The notes below the pieces were generated by a model that did no database searches, had not been told where the DNA came from, and saw only the letters and a list, made by a program, of their open reading frames with translations. From a virus (taxonomy: Duplodnaviria > Caudoviricetes), in the IMG/VR virus record IMGVR_UViG_3300020017_000193, positions 5,031-69,030 of that record: 64,000 bases of DNA, one strand, 5' to 3'. The first letter of the stretch is position 1; every line of letters begins with the position of its first letter. Below are positions 8,890 to 17,952 of this stretch, in pieces. Both the position numbers and the translations under genes were made by a program.

Positions 8890-9632
8890 GCTGCGGCCTC
8901 CGTGCCTTTTTCAAGCACAGCTTTGCGCTCCTCGAATGCTCGAGTGATTCGCGCTATGAAGGTGGGTTCGTTGCGGCGAGTTGCCTCGCGGATGTATTTC
9001 ACGTTCAGAAGCTTGAGTTCGTGAGTCGTGACGGCCTTGCCGATGGTTTCGACCGCTGAGGCAAGCCAGTCGACACGCTCTTGTTTTTGGCGAAGTATCT
9101 CCGCGTCCTTGTCCTCGGCTTTTTCAAGCTTGAACTCTTCGGTGATGGTGTCGACGTAGGTCGGATCGTCGAACATGCCCATGTAAATATCGGCAGCGAA
9201 CCCCAGCGGCTGCAGGCATTTACCGATGGCGTCCGTCAGCGATTTTTTCGCCGCGTCCCAGTCAGTAAGAATCTTTCCCTGCTGCAGATAGATAAATGGC
9301 GTATGGCCGTAGTGCTGAACCGTGCATTTTTGCCCGGCGTTGCCCAGGTACCAAAGCTCGATTTTTACGGTGTGCAGCTTCGCGCAGATCATTGGAGCTT
9401 CTGGCCACTCTTTTGTGGGAGCCTGAAGCGGTGCACCTTCGTCAAATCGATCCTCAAGGACATTCCAGCCCCAGCCCTCTCCGCATGGTCCGAAGATTTC
9501 TGTTGCCTTGCGCATGAGGTAGGTCGGCCTGATCGCAGTACCCTTAAAGCCACCTGCCCCAGTGTATTTTTTAGTAGCGTCAGGGTCGGTGGTGTTGACC
9601 TGGTCCCAAATTCTTGTGTTGTCAGACATCAC
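8886..9632 (-). CDS. Putative single-strand annealing protein (Rad52/Sak-like)
   Basis: TDPDATKK...TAIRPTYLMRKATEIFGPCGEGWG...AAKKSLTDAIGK...GFAADIYMG; next to Gp157. Confidence 0.7.
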   Translation of the reverse strand: MMSDNTRIWDQVNTTDPDATKKYTGAGGFKGTAIRPTYLMRKATEIFGPCGEGWGWNVLEDRFDEGAPLQAPTKEWPEAPMICAKLHTVKIELWYLGNAGQKCTVQHYGHTPFIYLQQGKILTDWDAAKKSLTDAIGKCLQPLGFAADIYMGMFDDPTYVDTITEEFKLEKAEDKDAEILRQKQERVDWLASAVETIGKAVTTHELKLLNVKYIREATRRNEPTFIARITRAFEERKAVLEKGTEAAA

Positions 9633-10723
9633 TTATTCCTCCAGCCGTCAGCACGCTTGACCAGTTCCTTGAAGGAAGCTGCGGGCAGCCTGCTCATGTA
9701 TTTTTTGTTGTCGCGGTACCATTCTTCCAGGGCAGCTTTGGGCGTCTGGATGGCCACGACGTGGGCGACCTGCTGTTTGTATGAGGTCGAGTAGGCCGCT
9801 TGCGAGTGGAATGTCCGGCTCACCACTACGGTGTTAGTCATTCCCTGCTTGACCAGGGTGTTCAGCTCTTCCTGGGATTGAACGGCAATGGCGCCCGGGT
9901 GTTTCTGCTGGAACAACCTGTAGCAGGCCTCTCTCACCAGTTCGGTGCTGCCGTACTCGACGTATTCAACGTCGGGAATTCCTGCCTCGATCTTCTCCGC
10001 CACCTCATCCAGGCGCCCGGTGTCGATCCAGGCGTTTTTGGATACCTGTTTCAAATCCCAACCGCTGACCGTCTGGCGGTCACGCTCAAGCTGCAGGTGT
10101 TCGGGGAGGATGTCGTAGCCGTAGGTCAGGTCGGTGTCGCAAACAAACAGCGTGCCGACGTAAAGCTTTCCGGGCCGGGAGGGCAGGATGTGGCCGTACT
10201 TGGTGCCGATCACGTCGCTCATTGGTGGCTGCATGCGCAGGCACATGCTGCGGATTTCCGCTTCGTCATCATCGGTGAGGCCGGAGACGACGAATTCAAC
10301 ACCCTGATTCTGCCGGTGCGCCGGGGTCTCGTTGATGCATAACACTTCGGCGTCGAACTGGTCGCTGTGCCGGAACTCTGGTACCCATTGTTTGTTGCCG
10401 TTCAGCACCTTCACGTCGTAGCCATTCCGGGTCAGCACCAGCAGGGCGATTTTGTAGCCCTCGCCGAAGCTGCCGATGGCATCGGAGCGGTCAGCCTTGG
10501 ACGTGCTGCCCAGCACCAGCGTGCTGGCCTCGAGCCTTGCAAAGCGGCTGGTGATGAACAGCTGGCCGTCAGCGAAGGCGTATTCGAAAGGTGACTCACT
10601 ATCCAGGGCGTTCTGGACCAGCTCCCGAATGGCCTCTTTCAGGCCCCAATGGCGGACGTAATCGCGGGACAGGGGAAGTTCGTAGGACTTGGAACGGATG
10701 CGATCTGCAATTGCTGCGAGCAT
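9629..10723 (-). CDS. GHKL-family ATPase domain protein
   Basis: WGLKEAIRELVQNALD (N box), LGSTSK...IGSFGEGYKIA (G boxes). Confidence 0.8.
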   Translation of the reverse strand: MLAAIADRIRSKSYELPLSRDYVRHWGLKEAIRELVQNALDSESPFEYAFADGQLFITSRFARLEASTLVLGSTSKADRSDAIGSFGEGYKIALLVLTRNGYDVKVLNGNKQWVPEFRHSDQFDAEVLCINETPAHRQNQGVEFVVSGLTDDDEAEIRSMCLRMQPPMSDVIGTKYGHILPSRPGKLYVGTLFVCDTDLTYGYDILPEHLQLERDRQTVSGWDLKQVSKNAWIDTGRLDEVAEKIEAGIPDVEYVEYGSTELVREACYRLFQQKHPGAIAVQSQEELNTLVKQGMTNTVVVSRTFHSQAAYSTSYKQQVAHVVAIQTPKAALEEWYRDNKKYMSRLPAASFKELVKRADGWRNK

Positions 10724-10880
10724 GACTATCTCCCGCGCCATCCTTGCGGGGCGCTGTGAGGCATTGGTTATTGAGTAATTCGATCAGCGAGGGCGCTGAG
10801 CAACATCAGGAAGGTGCAGACGGAGAGGGCAGAGAAGGAGCCGCGCCAGATGAGTAGGCGCCGGGTGCGCTGGTGGGTGG

Positions 10881-11183
10881 TCATGGGATGCACCTTTCGG
10901 AACAACCGCCCAGGAAGCGGTAGGGCTCGCCGCAGTTGATGATCTCGTCGCGGGTCATGTAATCGACATCGCAGTCACGGCCGCAGGAAGCGCATTCGCA
11001 GGTGAAGGTGCCGTCGCCATTGTCGTGGGCCCAGGATGGAAACTCAGCTTCCTCCAGATCTGGCTGATCGGCCAGTTGGCAGTTGGTGCCGCCGCAGTGC
11101 GGGCATTCAGTATGGGTGAGCTGGCTCATCGGCCCCATCCAGCGAATCCCTGTTTGGTTGCAGTTTCCGCAAATCATCGTCAT
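10881..11183 (-). CDS. Small double Zn-finger phage protein
   Basis: CGNC...CPHCG...C and CECASCGRDC motifs. Confidence 0.65.
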   Translation of the reverse strand: MTMICGNCNQTGIRWMGPMSQLTHTECPHCGGTNCQLADQPDLEEAEFPSWAHDNGDGTFTCECASCGRDCDVDYMTRDEIINCGEPYRFLGGCSERCIP

Positions 11184-11374
11184 GGCCGAACCCTCACCGC
11201 GATCCGCCCGCCCTTCATGGTCGCCGCCAGGCGCTTCGGCAAGGTGGCCACGGCACGCTCACGCGGCTGGCCGATCACTTCATTGAAGGGAAGGCCGAAG
11301 CCCAGCATGATCAGCTTCGACTCAACGTCGTCGAGCTGCTCGTCGATCAGCGATTTAACCGGTGCGGTGGTCAT
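11180..11374 (-). CDS. Hypothetical phage protein
   Basis: ATGA-coupled on both sides; MTTAPVKSLIDEQL family. Confidence 0.7.
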   Translation of the reverse strand: MTTAPVKSLIDEQLDDVESKLIMLGFGLPFNEVIGQPRERAVATLPKRLAATMKGGRIAVRVRP

Positions 11375-11562
11375 GCGGCCTCCTTGCGCTGCCTGGTGAT
11401 CTTCAGCAGGCGCTGGCAGTAGTGGTTGAATTCTTCGATGGTGATCGCGTTGCCGGTGAGCATGTTGGTGATCATCCGCGCCACGACGGCTTGGGCGCCT
11501 GGCTCGCTGCAGGGATGCTCAAGCGCTTCAAGCGCCTCATCGATCAGGATGTGCGGGCTCAT
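11371..11562 (-). CDS. Hypothetical phage protein
   Basis: ATGA-coupled; MSPHILIDEAL family. Confidence 0.7.
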   Translation of the reverse strand: MSPHILIDEALEALEHPCSEPGAQAVVARMITNMLTGNAITIEEFNHYCQRLLKITRQRKEAA

Positions 11563-11996
11563 AGGTCGGCATCCAAATCGTCTTCGCGCTCTTCCCGTTC
11601 CGCCGCTACAGCGTCTTCGGCATACGGTCTCAGCAGCGCTACAGCGATCTTCTCTACCGCTTCAATGGGCCGTTGCTGGCCCAGCAAGTCCGCGGCGTGG
11701 GCCCGGGCATCGCTCTGGCTGCCGAGCATTGCCGACAGCAGCAGGCGGGCAAACGAATCGCGCGGGTCCAGGCCGTCTATCTGGCGCTGGTTTAGGTGGC
11801 CCTGCAGGACCGTGCAGAACCTGTCGAACGTCACAACCTGCGGCTGGCCGTAGCGGCGCTTCCACTTGATGTCGACGCCGCACACCAGGCGCTCCGCCGA
11901 ATGCTCAAGCCAGTCCGTCACCTCGTCGCTGTCGCTTACCTCTGGAGGCAACTGAGCGTCGAAACGCTCCTGGCAAATATTCAATGCTGCGTTCAT
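11559..11996 (-). CDS. Hypothetical phage protein
   Basis: GGAGG RBS before MNAALNICQERFD; coupled to the next gene. Confidence 0.7.
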   Translation of the reverse strand: MNAALNICQERFDAQLPPEVSDSDEVTDWLEHSAERLVCGVDIKWKRRYGQPQVVTFDRFCTVLQGHLNQRQIDGLDPRDSFARLLLSAMLGSQSDARAHAADLLGQQRPIEAVEKIAVALLRPYAEDAVAAEREEREDDLDADL

Positions 11997-12203
11997 GGTC
12001 GCCTCCAAGGTGGCGGGTTGTTCACCTGTATTCGTCAACACTCATGCCTCCCGCTGGTTGCCGATGGGCGCTGGGGAGGAGTGCTGACGTAATAGAGGTG
12101 GGGAAGGGTGCCGGTCTTTCACGGCTGCCGCGGCGCTGGCCGTTTAGCGAGTCGTACTGAAGGCTGGTAGCATCGACACTCCTTATCGGAGCAAGGAATT
12201 GCT

Positions 12204-12617
12204 ATGCATCAGGTTGTTGAAGGGGCGTTAAACGTGATCGCAGCAGAGAGCAGCGAGCCCAAATACACTGAAGCGTTCAGCGCTGTCCGTGCAGTAGTGG
12301 TTGAGTTTGGGGAGGAGAATTTGGCTGATCGGCTTTTTGCCGATATCCCTGACTCGATATCGTTTCTGCAGGTCGCTAGGCTATTTGACTTTCTTGCTTG
12401 GCAGACGGATGACAACGGATCAGCGATGACTCGCGCAGCTGAGCGCTGGCTCGTCGAAGGCACAGATCTGCGCAAGATTCAGATCGCTCTCAACCTCGAG
12501 GTATACCCGTTTCCCGACGAGCATGAGATGTACCGCGTGCTGTCTGATGTGGCTGAGTCCCTCCCTCAGATGGCTGATAGATGCCAGCAGCTAATCAGCT
12601 CTCGGCAAAATCGGTAG
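12204..12617 (+). CDS. Hypothetical acidic helical protein (counter-oriented moron)
   Basis: AAGGA RBS; 137 aa ORF inserted against the operon direction. Confidence 0.7.
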   Translation: MHQVVEGALNVIAAESSEPKYTEAFSAVRAVVVEFGEENLADRLFADIPDSISFLQVARLFDFLAWQTDDNGSAMTRAAERWLVEGTDLRKIQIALNLEVYPFPDEHEMYRVLSDVAESLPQMADRCQQLISSRQNR

Positions 12618-12624
12618 CACCTTC

Positions 12625-13008
12625 TCATACAGTCAATTCAGCGCACTCAGCCCGGCGTACCATCCGCACCTGAGCCATTCGCCGTTCCGGCGCCCGGCGA
12701 TCACGACGCAGCGAGTCGTCACTGATCATCGAGTGCATGGCGATCAGCGCCGCCAGCACAAAGCACACCGGCGTGATGATCTGGCGTTTCACGGCCTCGG
12801 CCACCAAAGCAGTGCGCTTCGTCACGCCCAGCTTGAACATCGCATTGGTCAAACGCTTCTTGACGGTGCCTGCTTCAATGCCTGCTTCCCGTGCAATCTC
12901 TTTCGAGGTGAAGCCCTGGGCAATCCAAAGCAGGAACTGAAGCTCTCGCGGCGCCAGGCCACGTCCGAGGTGGCCTTTCCATGAACCGTTGATGATTGTT
13001 GCTTCCAT
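12625..13008 (-). CDS. LuxR-type C-terminal HTH regulator, without a ligand-binding domain
   Basis: LAPRELQFLLWIAQGFTSKEIAREAGIEAGTVKKRLTNAMFKLGV; first gene of the leftward operon. Confidence 0.9.
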   Translation of the reverse strand: MEATIINGSWKGHLGRGLAPRELQFLLWIAQGFTSKEIAREAGIEAGTVKKRLTNAMFKLGVTKRTALVAEAVKRQIITPVCFVLAALIAMHSMISDDSLRRDRRAPERRMAQVRMVRRAECAELTV

Positions 13009-13579
13009 CGTGGTAACCCTCGGTTGGTTTCCCATTAGGCCCTGTTGCCAAGGACTATCGGTGAAACCCCCGACCTCGCTACTGGCGTCAGGCCGGGGTT
13101 GTTGCGTCAGCGGTGTGGCCAGTTGCCCGCTGCTGATTGCAGGACTGACCGGTCGTCTTCGGTGTGGGCTTCGAGCTTCCTACTCACAGCGTCAAACAGC
13201 ATCTGTTCGCCATGGATCACAGGTCCTTACAACATGCACGCTGCAGCTCGTTTGCCCGTTTAAGTGGGCAGGGTGCATGAGGTCCGGCGTTCCCAGCCGA
13301 GGCTATCGGGACCGCTAATTCTGTTCAGTTGAGTCTCCCTTCTACCGCTGGGATTGGCGGTGCGCATTGCTTGCCAGGTCTTTCGCACGGTTCGAGCGTT
13401 TCGCTCTCGATCAGCCGTACAGGGTTCTCCTGTCGTGGGCGGGCTATCTGACCCGTCTGATCGCCGGTCGCCGGTAGAGGCAATGCGGTCTGTTGGTATT
13501 TCTGTATTGCGCTGACTGTTAAAGAGCGGCGCAGCTCTCGCTGCTGGCCGGCGGTGTTCGCTGCTGGCTCGAGATGAAT

Positions 13580-13638
13580 TTAAGCAAGCTGAAATTAAAG
13601 TGTCAAGCATGCTGAATAAATAAATTCAGAATGCTGAA
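13580..13638. promoter_or_regulatory. OL: three CI/Cro operator sites
   Basis: TTAAGCAAGCTGAA (13580-13593), TCAAGCATGCTGAA (13603-13616), TTCAGAATGCTGAA (13625-13638), all variants of the palindrome TTAAGCATGCTTAA found at OR. Confidence 0.8.
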
Positions 13639-13650
13639 ATTCGCGGTCGA

Positions 13651-13680
13651 TAAAAAGCCCGCTCATTGGCGGGCTCCTTT
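13651..13680 (-). terminator. Intrinsic terminator after the DUF1654 gene
   Basis: AAAAAGCCCGC-TCATTG-GCGGGCT hairpin; U-tract on the minus strand. Confidence 0.75.
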
Positions 13681-13930
13681 ATGCGTCGCAGTATTCGCGC
13701 CAGCCGATCCGGACGGCGCCGTCATCCAAATGCTCAATCCTTATTCCGGCTGTGTCGCCGATGTCTTGGATCACCTGGTGCCAGGCTTCAGGGCTCTCGT
13801 CGTCGCGTCTGGCTACCTCGATCAGCTGGATCCTCTGTACTCGAGGAGAGGCGATCAAGTCTTGCAGACGACGGCCAACAAGCTCATAGGAGTTGCGTGG
13901 TTTCGATGTGGGGTAGGGTGCCTGGTTCAT
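13679..13930 (-). CDS. DUF1654 family protein
   Basis: SYELVGRRLQDLIASPRVQ...EAWHQVIQDI...GAVRIGW; GGAG RBS before the ATG at 13930. Confidence 0.8.
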   Translation of the reverse strand: MNQAPYPTSKPRNSYELVGRRLQDLIASPRVQRIQLIEVARRDDESPEAWHQVIQDIGDTAGIRIEHLDDGAVRIGWREYCDA

Positions 13931-13949
13931 GCTTCGCTCCTTGCGATCA

Positions 13950-13965
13950 CTGTATGGATGAACAG
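13950..13965. promoter_or_regulatory. LexA (SOS) box
   Basis: CTGTATGGATGAACAG fits CTGT-N8-ACAG, 20 nt upstream of the DUF1654 start. Confidence 0.75.
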
Positions 13966-14054
13966 TATTATTGATGCCAGATATTGGCAAGAGGGCAGCA
14001 GGAGGTTTCATGCATAAACGCATATTTAGGTAGGTGGTTCTTTTTGGCAGGCAT

Positions 14055-14080
14055 GAAAAAGCCCGCACTTGGCGGGCTTG
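14055..14080 (-). terminator. Intrinsic terminator
   Basis: AAAAAGCCCGC-ACTTG-GCGGGCTT. Confidence 0.75.
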
Positions 14081-14097
14081 ACTGGCATTGTTTTCGG

Positions 14098-14982
14098 TTA
14101 GGTATGGCGGGGCACCCAATACATGCGGCAATGAATCTCATGATTGTCGTAAAGCTTAACCGAAACAGTTTTAGCGGATTGTTCGCTTTCAAAGGGGCCG
14201 GTGATGATTGTGTTCCCATCTACCGCCAGAACGGGTATTGCCAGGTCTTCAAGCACGCCTTCAATCCGGCTTAAGTCACCCGGATGGTCTGTTATGCGAA
14301 CTGTCCAGCCTTGAAAAGCGGACTTAAGAGCCTGCTCAGTAAAGGGCGGATATTTGCCACTCACCGAATCCCTGTAGACGATCTCGCTGAAAAGCCTGGG
14401 GCCGTCGCGCATCGTGATCAGGGCTCGCTCGGCTTCTTCCTTTGTTTCAAATGGGCCGGCACCCACAGCTAGGCCAATCATAGGAACAACCGGGAGCCTG
14501 GTGCTGGCGATGGCTTCGATAGTTCGGCGCTGTTCTTCTTCGTCACGGCAGGCAGTTGATGCAACCCATCCGTTTTTCAGTTTTGGGGCGCGCGCTGGTT
14601 CAATCTCTGCTCCGCAATGCTTGCACTTCACGGCAGCTTTTCTGATTGTCTCGGCGCAGAGCGGGCAGTCGCGCAGGTCGCTAGTCTGCACGCCCGCGGA
14701 ACCCCCTGACACCTCGATCCAGCCCTTACGAAGATATGAGTTCGTCAGAATGCCGTTGATGCCAATCGCATACCCGAGACTGACCATGGGGGAAACGATG
14801 AGCAGCCCAGGGCCGCCGGTTAGAAAAGAGAAGCCTCCAACCAACAACAGCCAGATAAAAAAGTGACCCCACAGCTCTTTATAGGCAAGGTAGAAAGCCC
14901 CGAAGACAATAACCGCGAGACACGACATCCCGCCAACACTTTCAGTGTTGCCGTTTGCCGGATTCCTGAATTCCCGTTTCAT
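14098..14982 (-). CDS. Membrane protein: DUF2628-like TMs + double zinc ribbon + two SPOR-like repeats
   Basis: FGAFYLAYKELW; CPLC...KCKHCG; repeated GPFET/GPFES segments. Confidence 0.75.
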   Translation of the reverse strand: MKREFRNPANGNTESVGGMSCLAVIVFGAFYLAYKELWGHFFIWLLLVGGFSFLTGGPGLLIVSPMVSLGYAIGINGILTNSYLRKGWIEVSGGSAGVQTSDLRDCPLCAETIRKAAVKCKHCGAEIEPARAPKLKNGWVASTACRDEEEQRRTIEAIASTRLPVVPMIGLAVGAGPFETKEEAERALITMRDGPRLFSEIVYRDSVSGKYPPFTEQALKSAFQGWTVRITDHPGDLSRIEGVLEDLAIPVLAVDGNTIITGPFESEQSAKTVSVKLYDNHEIHCRMYWVPRHT

Positions 14983-15145
14983 TGAATCCCTCCCATAATT
15001 GTGCGCGCACTTTACCATTCGGGGCGTACAGCCACCATTGGCGGGAAGCCAGACGGAAGTGTGGCGTGTGCAAAATCACCATAAAAGGTTTGATTGAGTG
15101 ACCTGCATTGCTGATCATAAAGCGCTTAATCAGAATGGAGCGGTT

Positions 15146-15634
15146 ATGACACGGGTATGGAAGGTTTCAGCATTTCTCTGGTTGGGGCTCCTCAGCTCCT
15201 GCACGATGACAGGACCAAAATTCACGCCACTTGAAAACGTTGACTCTCAACGTGGTGTTCTCTACGTATACAGGCCCAGTAATTACGACATGGGCCTAAT
15301 GACCGCTTTGATTTCTTTGGACGGAAAGCAGATAGCGTCTCTAGAGAACGGCGGTTACGTAGCTGTGCCTGTTACGCCAGGTGAGCACACGATCACCCAG
15401 AAATGGAAGGCCGGAATTTTGGGCAATTCCGATCTTGAGGGGGGCACCACGACCACTGTAGTCGGTGTTAAACGATCAGATGCCTCCTACGTTAGCCTCA
15501 CATCCAATAGCACGAGAGTGCAGGCAAAACGATTCAATGCTGTCGCTGTTGACCTGCAGTGGCAGCTCAATAAAGTGTCTGCAGATCAGGCATTGCCCGA
15601 GATTTCTCAATGTAGAAAGGTTGAGGCGATCTAG
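15146..15634 (+). CDS. DUF2846-like lipoprotein
   Basis: Lipobox LLSSC; VLYVYRP...ISLDGKQIASLENGGYVAVPVTPGEHTI. Confidence 0.8.
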   Translation: MTRVWKVSAFLWLGLLSSCTMTGPKFTPLENVDSQRGVLYVYRPSNYDMGLMTALISLDGKQIASLENGGYVAVPVTPGEHTITQKWKAGILGNSDLEGGTTTTVVGVKRSDASYVSLTSNSTRVQAKRFNAVAVDLQWQLNKVSADQALPEISQCRKVEAI

Positions 15635-15897
15635 CCCTACGGTGGGCAATATCTAGAGCCAAATCGCAGGCAAAGAAAAGCCCGCGCAATGGCGGGCTAT
15701 CTGTAATACCTGGGGCGCCGATCCTTCAGCGCAGCCAGTCTGCAATCCCTCGGGTTACCTGCTCAATGGTGGCACGACGAAGGGCTGAGACAAGAAGCCC
15801 GGCGCTGGGCCAGGCATAGAGATTGGGACACAGGTTTGTTGCTGATGCGTCATCGAGCTGGCATCTTTGCTGGAAACGTCGACCTAAGGATTAACGC

Positions 15898-16923
15898 ATG
15901 ACGAAGGAAGAAGATTCGACAACGCCGAACGAAAGCACAGTGTTGTTCGTGCGCGATGGCTCCAAAGTGAAGCTGAAGTTTGAACCCGGCCAGCAAGCAA
16001 TGTGGGCTACAACTCAAAACATGGCGGACCTTTTTGAAACGACGGCAGACAACGTTGGGCTGCATCTAAAGAATATTTTCGCGGTAGGTGAGCTTGAAGA
16101 AAAGGCAACTACCGAGGAATTCTCGGTAGTTCGCCGGGAGGGCGGGCGCTTCGTTGAGCGCACAATAAAGCACTACAACCTCGATGCGATCCTGTCGGTC
16201 GGGTACCGCGTTAACGCAAAAAATGCCATTGCATTCCGGCAATGGGCTACCCAGACACTCAAGACCTATCTTGAACAAGGGTATGTAATAAACGAGAAGG
16301 CTCTTCGGGAGTCTCCTGAAAAATTAAACAAGCTCGCAGCGGCGGTTAGAGCACTTAGATCCGAGGAAAAGCAGGTCTATGCCAAGGTCCGCGAGTGCTT
16401 CAAGATATGCTCTTCTGACTACGACCCAAATTCAAAAACAGTCAGAAGTTTTTACGCTCTGCTCCAAGACAAGTTTCACCACGCGGTCACAGGCATGACG
16501 AGCACAAAGCTCATACTAGACAGGGCAGATCATAAAGCCGAGTCCATGGGCATGCAGACAATACGCGGCGACTTTCCGACGCTTGAGGAGGCTAAAACAG
16601 GAAAGAATTACCTCAACAGCGATGAATTATACCGGCTGCATTTGTTATCAGAGCAGTTCATGCTTTATGCAGAAAGCACGGCACTGACAAAAAAAGAAAT
16701 GACGATGAGTTCGCTTCACGAAAAATTGGATCAGCTACTTGTTTTCAACGATTACCCGGTCTTTAGTGGTTACGAGGATTTCATCAAAGACGAGGCTTTG
16801 AGCCATGCAAGGCAGGAGCTAGGGCTGTTCAAAAAGCGCAAAAAGATTGAAGCGCTAGGTTATGAGTACAGTGAAGAAGCCTTGGCTGCAGGCGAGTATG
16901 ACGAACTATTGATCGAAGATTGA
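15898..16923 (+). CDS. rhuM: RhuM-family protein
   Basis: MWATTQNMADLFETTADNVGLHLKNIF...HYNLDAILSVGYRVNA...FRQWAT...DKFHHAVTG. Confidence 0.88.
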   Translation: MTKEEDSTTPNESTVLFVRDGSKVKLKFEPGQQAMWATTQNMADLFETTADNVGLHLKNIFAVGELEEKATTEEFSVVRREGGRFVERTIKHYNLDAILSVGYRVNAKNAIAFRQWATQTLKTYLEQGYVINEKALRESPEKLNKLAAAVRALRSEEKQVYAKVRECFKICSSDYDPNSKTVRSFYALLQDKFHHAVTGMTSTKLILDRADHKAESMGMQTIRGDFPTLEEAKTGKNYLNSDELYRLHLLSEQFMLYAESTALTKKEMTMSSLHEKLDQLLVFNDYPVFSGYEDFIKDEALSHARQELGLFKKRKKIEALGYEYSEEALAAGEYDELLIED

Positions 16924-17002
16924 AAAGGCGAGGAAAGCGGAAAATACCTGACAAGCGTACCGCCTCCACCTCATCCGCATAGCCGACGACGGACTTCGTT
17001 AA

Positions 17003-17326
17003 TCATTTTGGGGGCGGAGAAACAGGTGGGCTTGAATATTTCCCCATATCACGCGCATCCATCTCTGCTTGACTGCAACCCATGCGCTTGGCCCGCTCCC
17101 GGAGCGCCCAGATTTCCCCGCCCGAATCTGCCGGTCTGCCCTGTAATTTTAGGACAAACTCGTGGCCTTTAATGACGTTGCTTGTTCCGGCGCATTCCCA
17201 AACTCGCTGCGCGTCAGATATTGGCATTGGCGCATCTAAAGTGGCCTTTGCGACCTCGGATAGCGAGGGAGGCGTATTGGCACACCCCGTAAGGGCAAAC
17301 GCGAGCAGAATGAAGGTAAATCTCAT
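17003..17326 (-). CDS. Small lipoprotein
   Basis: Lipobox LTGC after a hydrophobic signal peptide. Confidence 0.75.
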   Translation of the reverse strand: MRFTFILLAFALTGCANTPPSLSEVAKATLDAPMPISDAQRVWECAGTSNVIKGHEFVLKLQGRPADSGGEIWALRERAKRMGCSQAEMDARDMGKYSSPPVSPPPK

Positions 17327-17443
17327 CTAAATTCCTTTTTTTCGACGGTTTATTCGCGCGACTTTCAAGAGCTGTCGTGCGTTCAACAGGGGGGTTAGTT
17401 TGGCCAGGTTTAGACCGCCCGCGAGATTAAATTAACTCTACTG

Positions 17444-17920
17444 CTATTGAGCGCTGAGCCGCTTCATTGACCATCTCACAGTCTCTAGCGAAACCGGAGT
17501 TCCATCAGCCCAAACGGAGTTACCACTTTGCTCTATTTCCAGGCTGTCACCGCTAAAGTGCCCGGTGAAAGTTTGTGTAACCGTGAGTTGCAGAACCCCC
17601 TCACTATTTTTATTAACAATACGCCGCTCGCCTTTTATCCAATCACCTTTGCGCGTGAAGATAACGGGGTTATTAACACCGGGGTGGTCATTGGTGTAAT
17701 AGGTCCATCGCTTAAAGACTACTGCTTGCGCTTCTGTGGTACGCCACCATATGAAGCTGCTGGCGTCTTTGAAATAAACATAGACATGATATCGCGAGCC
17801 AGGGTCTTCGTTATCTGCGTACCAAAGCCCCTTCGGTACGGGGACAACGGGAGCTGTGGCGCAACCCAAGAGAAGCAAGCTGATACAAAACGAGAGAAGT
17901 ATTTTTTTCATAAAGTCCAT
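17444..17920 (-). CDS. Lipoprotein, beta-rich
   Basis: MKKILLSFCISLLLLGC lipobox; AT-rich. Confidence 0.75.
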   Translation of the reverse strand: MDFMKKILLSFCISLLLLGCATAPVVPVPKGLWYADNEDPGSRYHVYVYFKDASSFIWWRTTEAQAVVFKRWTYYTNDHPGVNNPVIFTRKGDWIKGERRIVNKNSEGVLQLTVTQTFTGHFSGDSLEIEQSGNSVWADGTPVSLETVRWSMKRLSAQ

Positions 17921-17952
17921 TTTCAGTTACAAGGCGAATCGCCTAAACGCGT

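Noticed and set aside
15030-15776. CAATGGTGGC motif upstream of two morons (minus strand near 15030, plus strand near 15765)
   Set aside because: Only two 10-bp copies; could be chance without a wider alignment.
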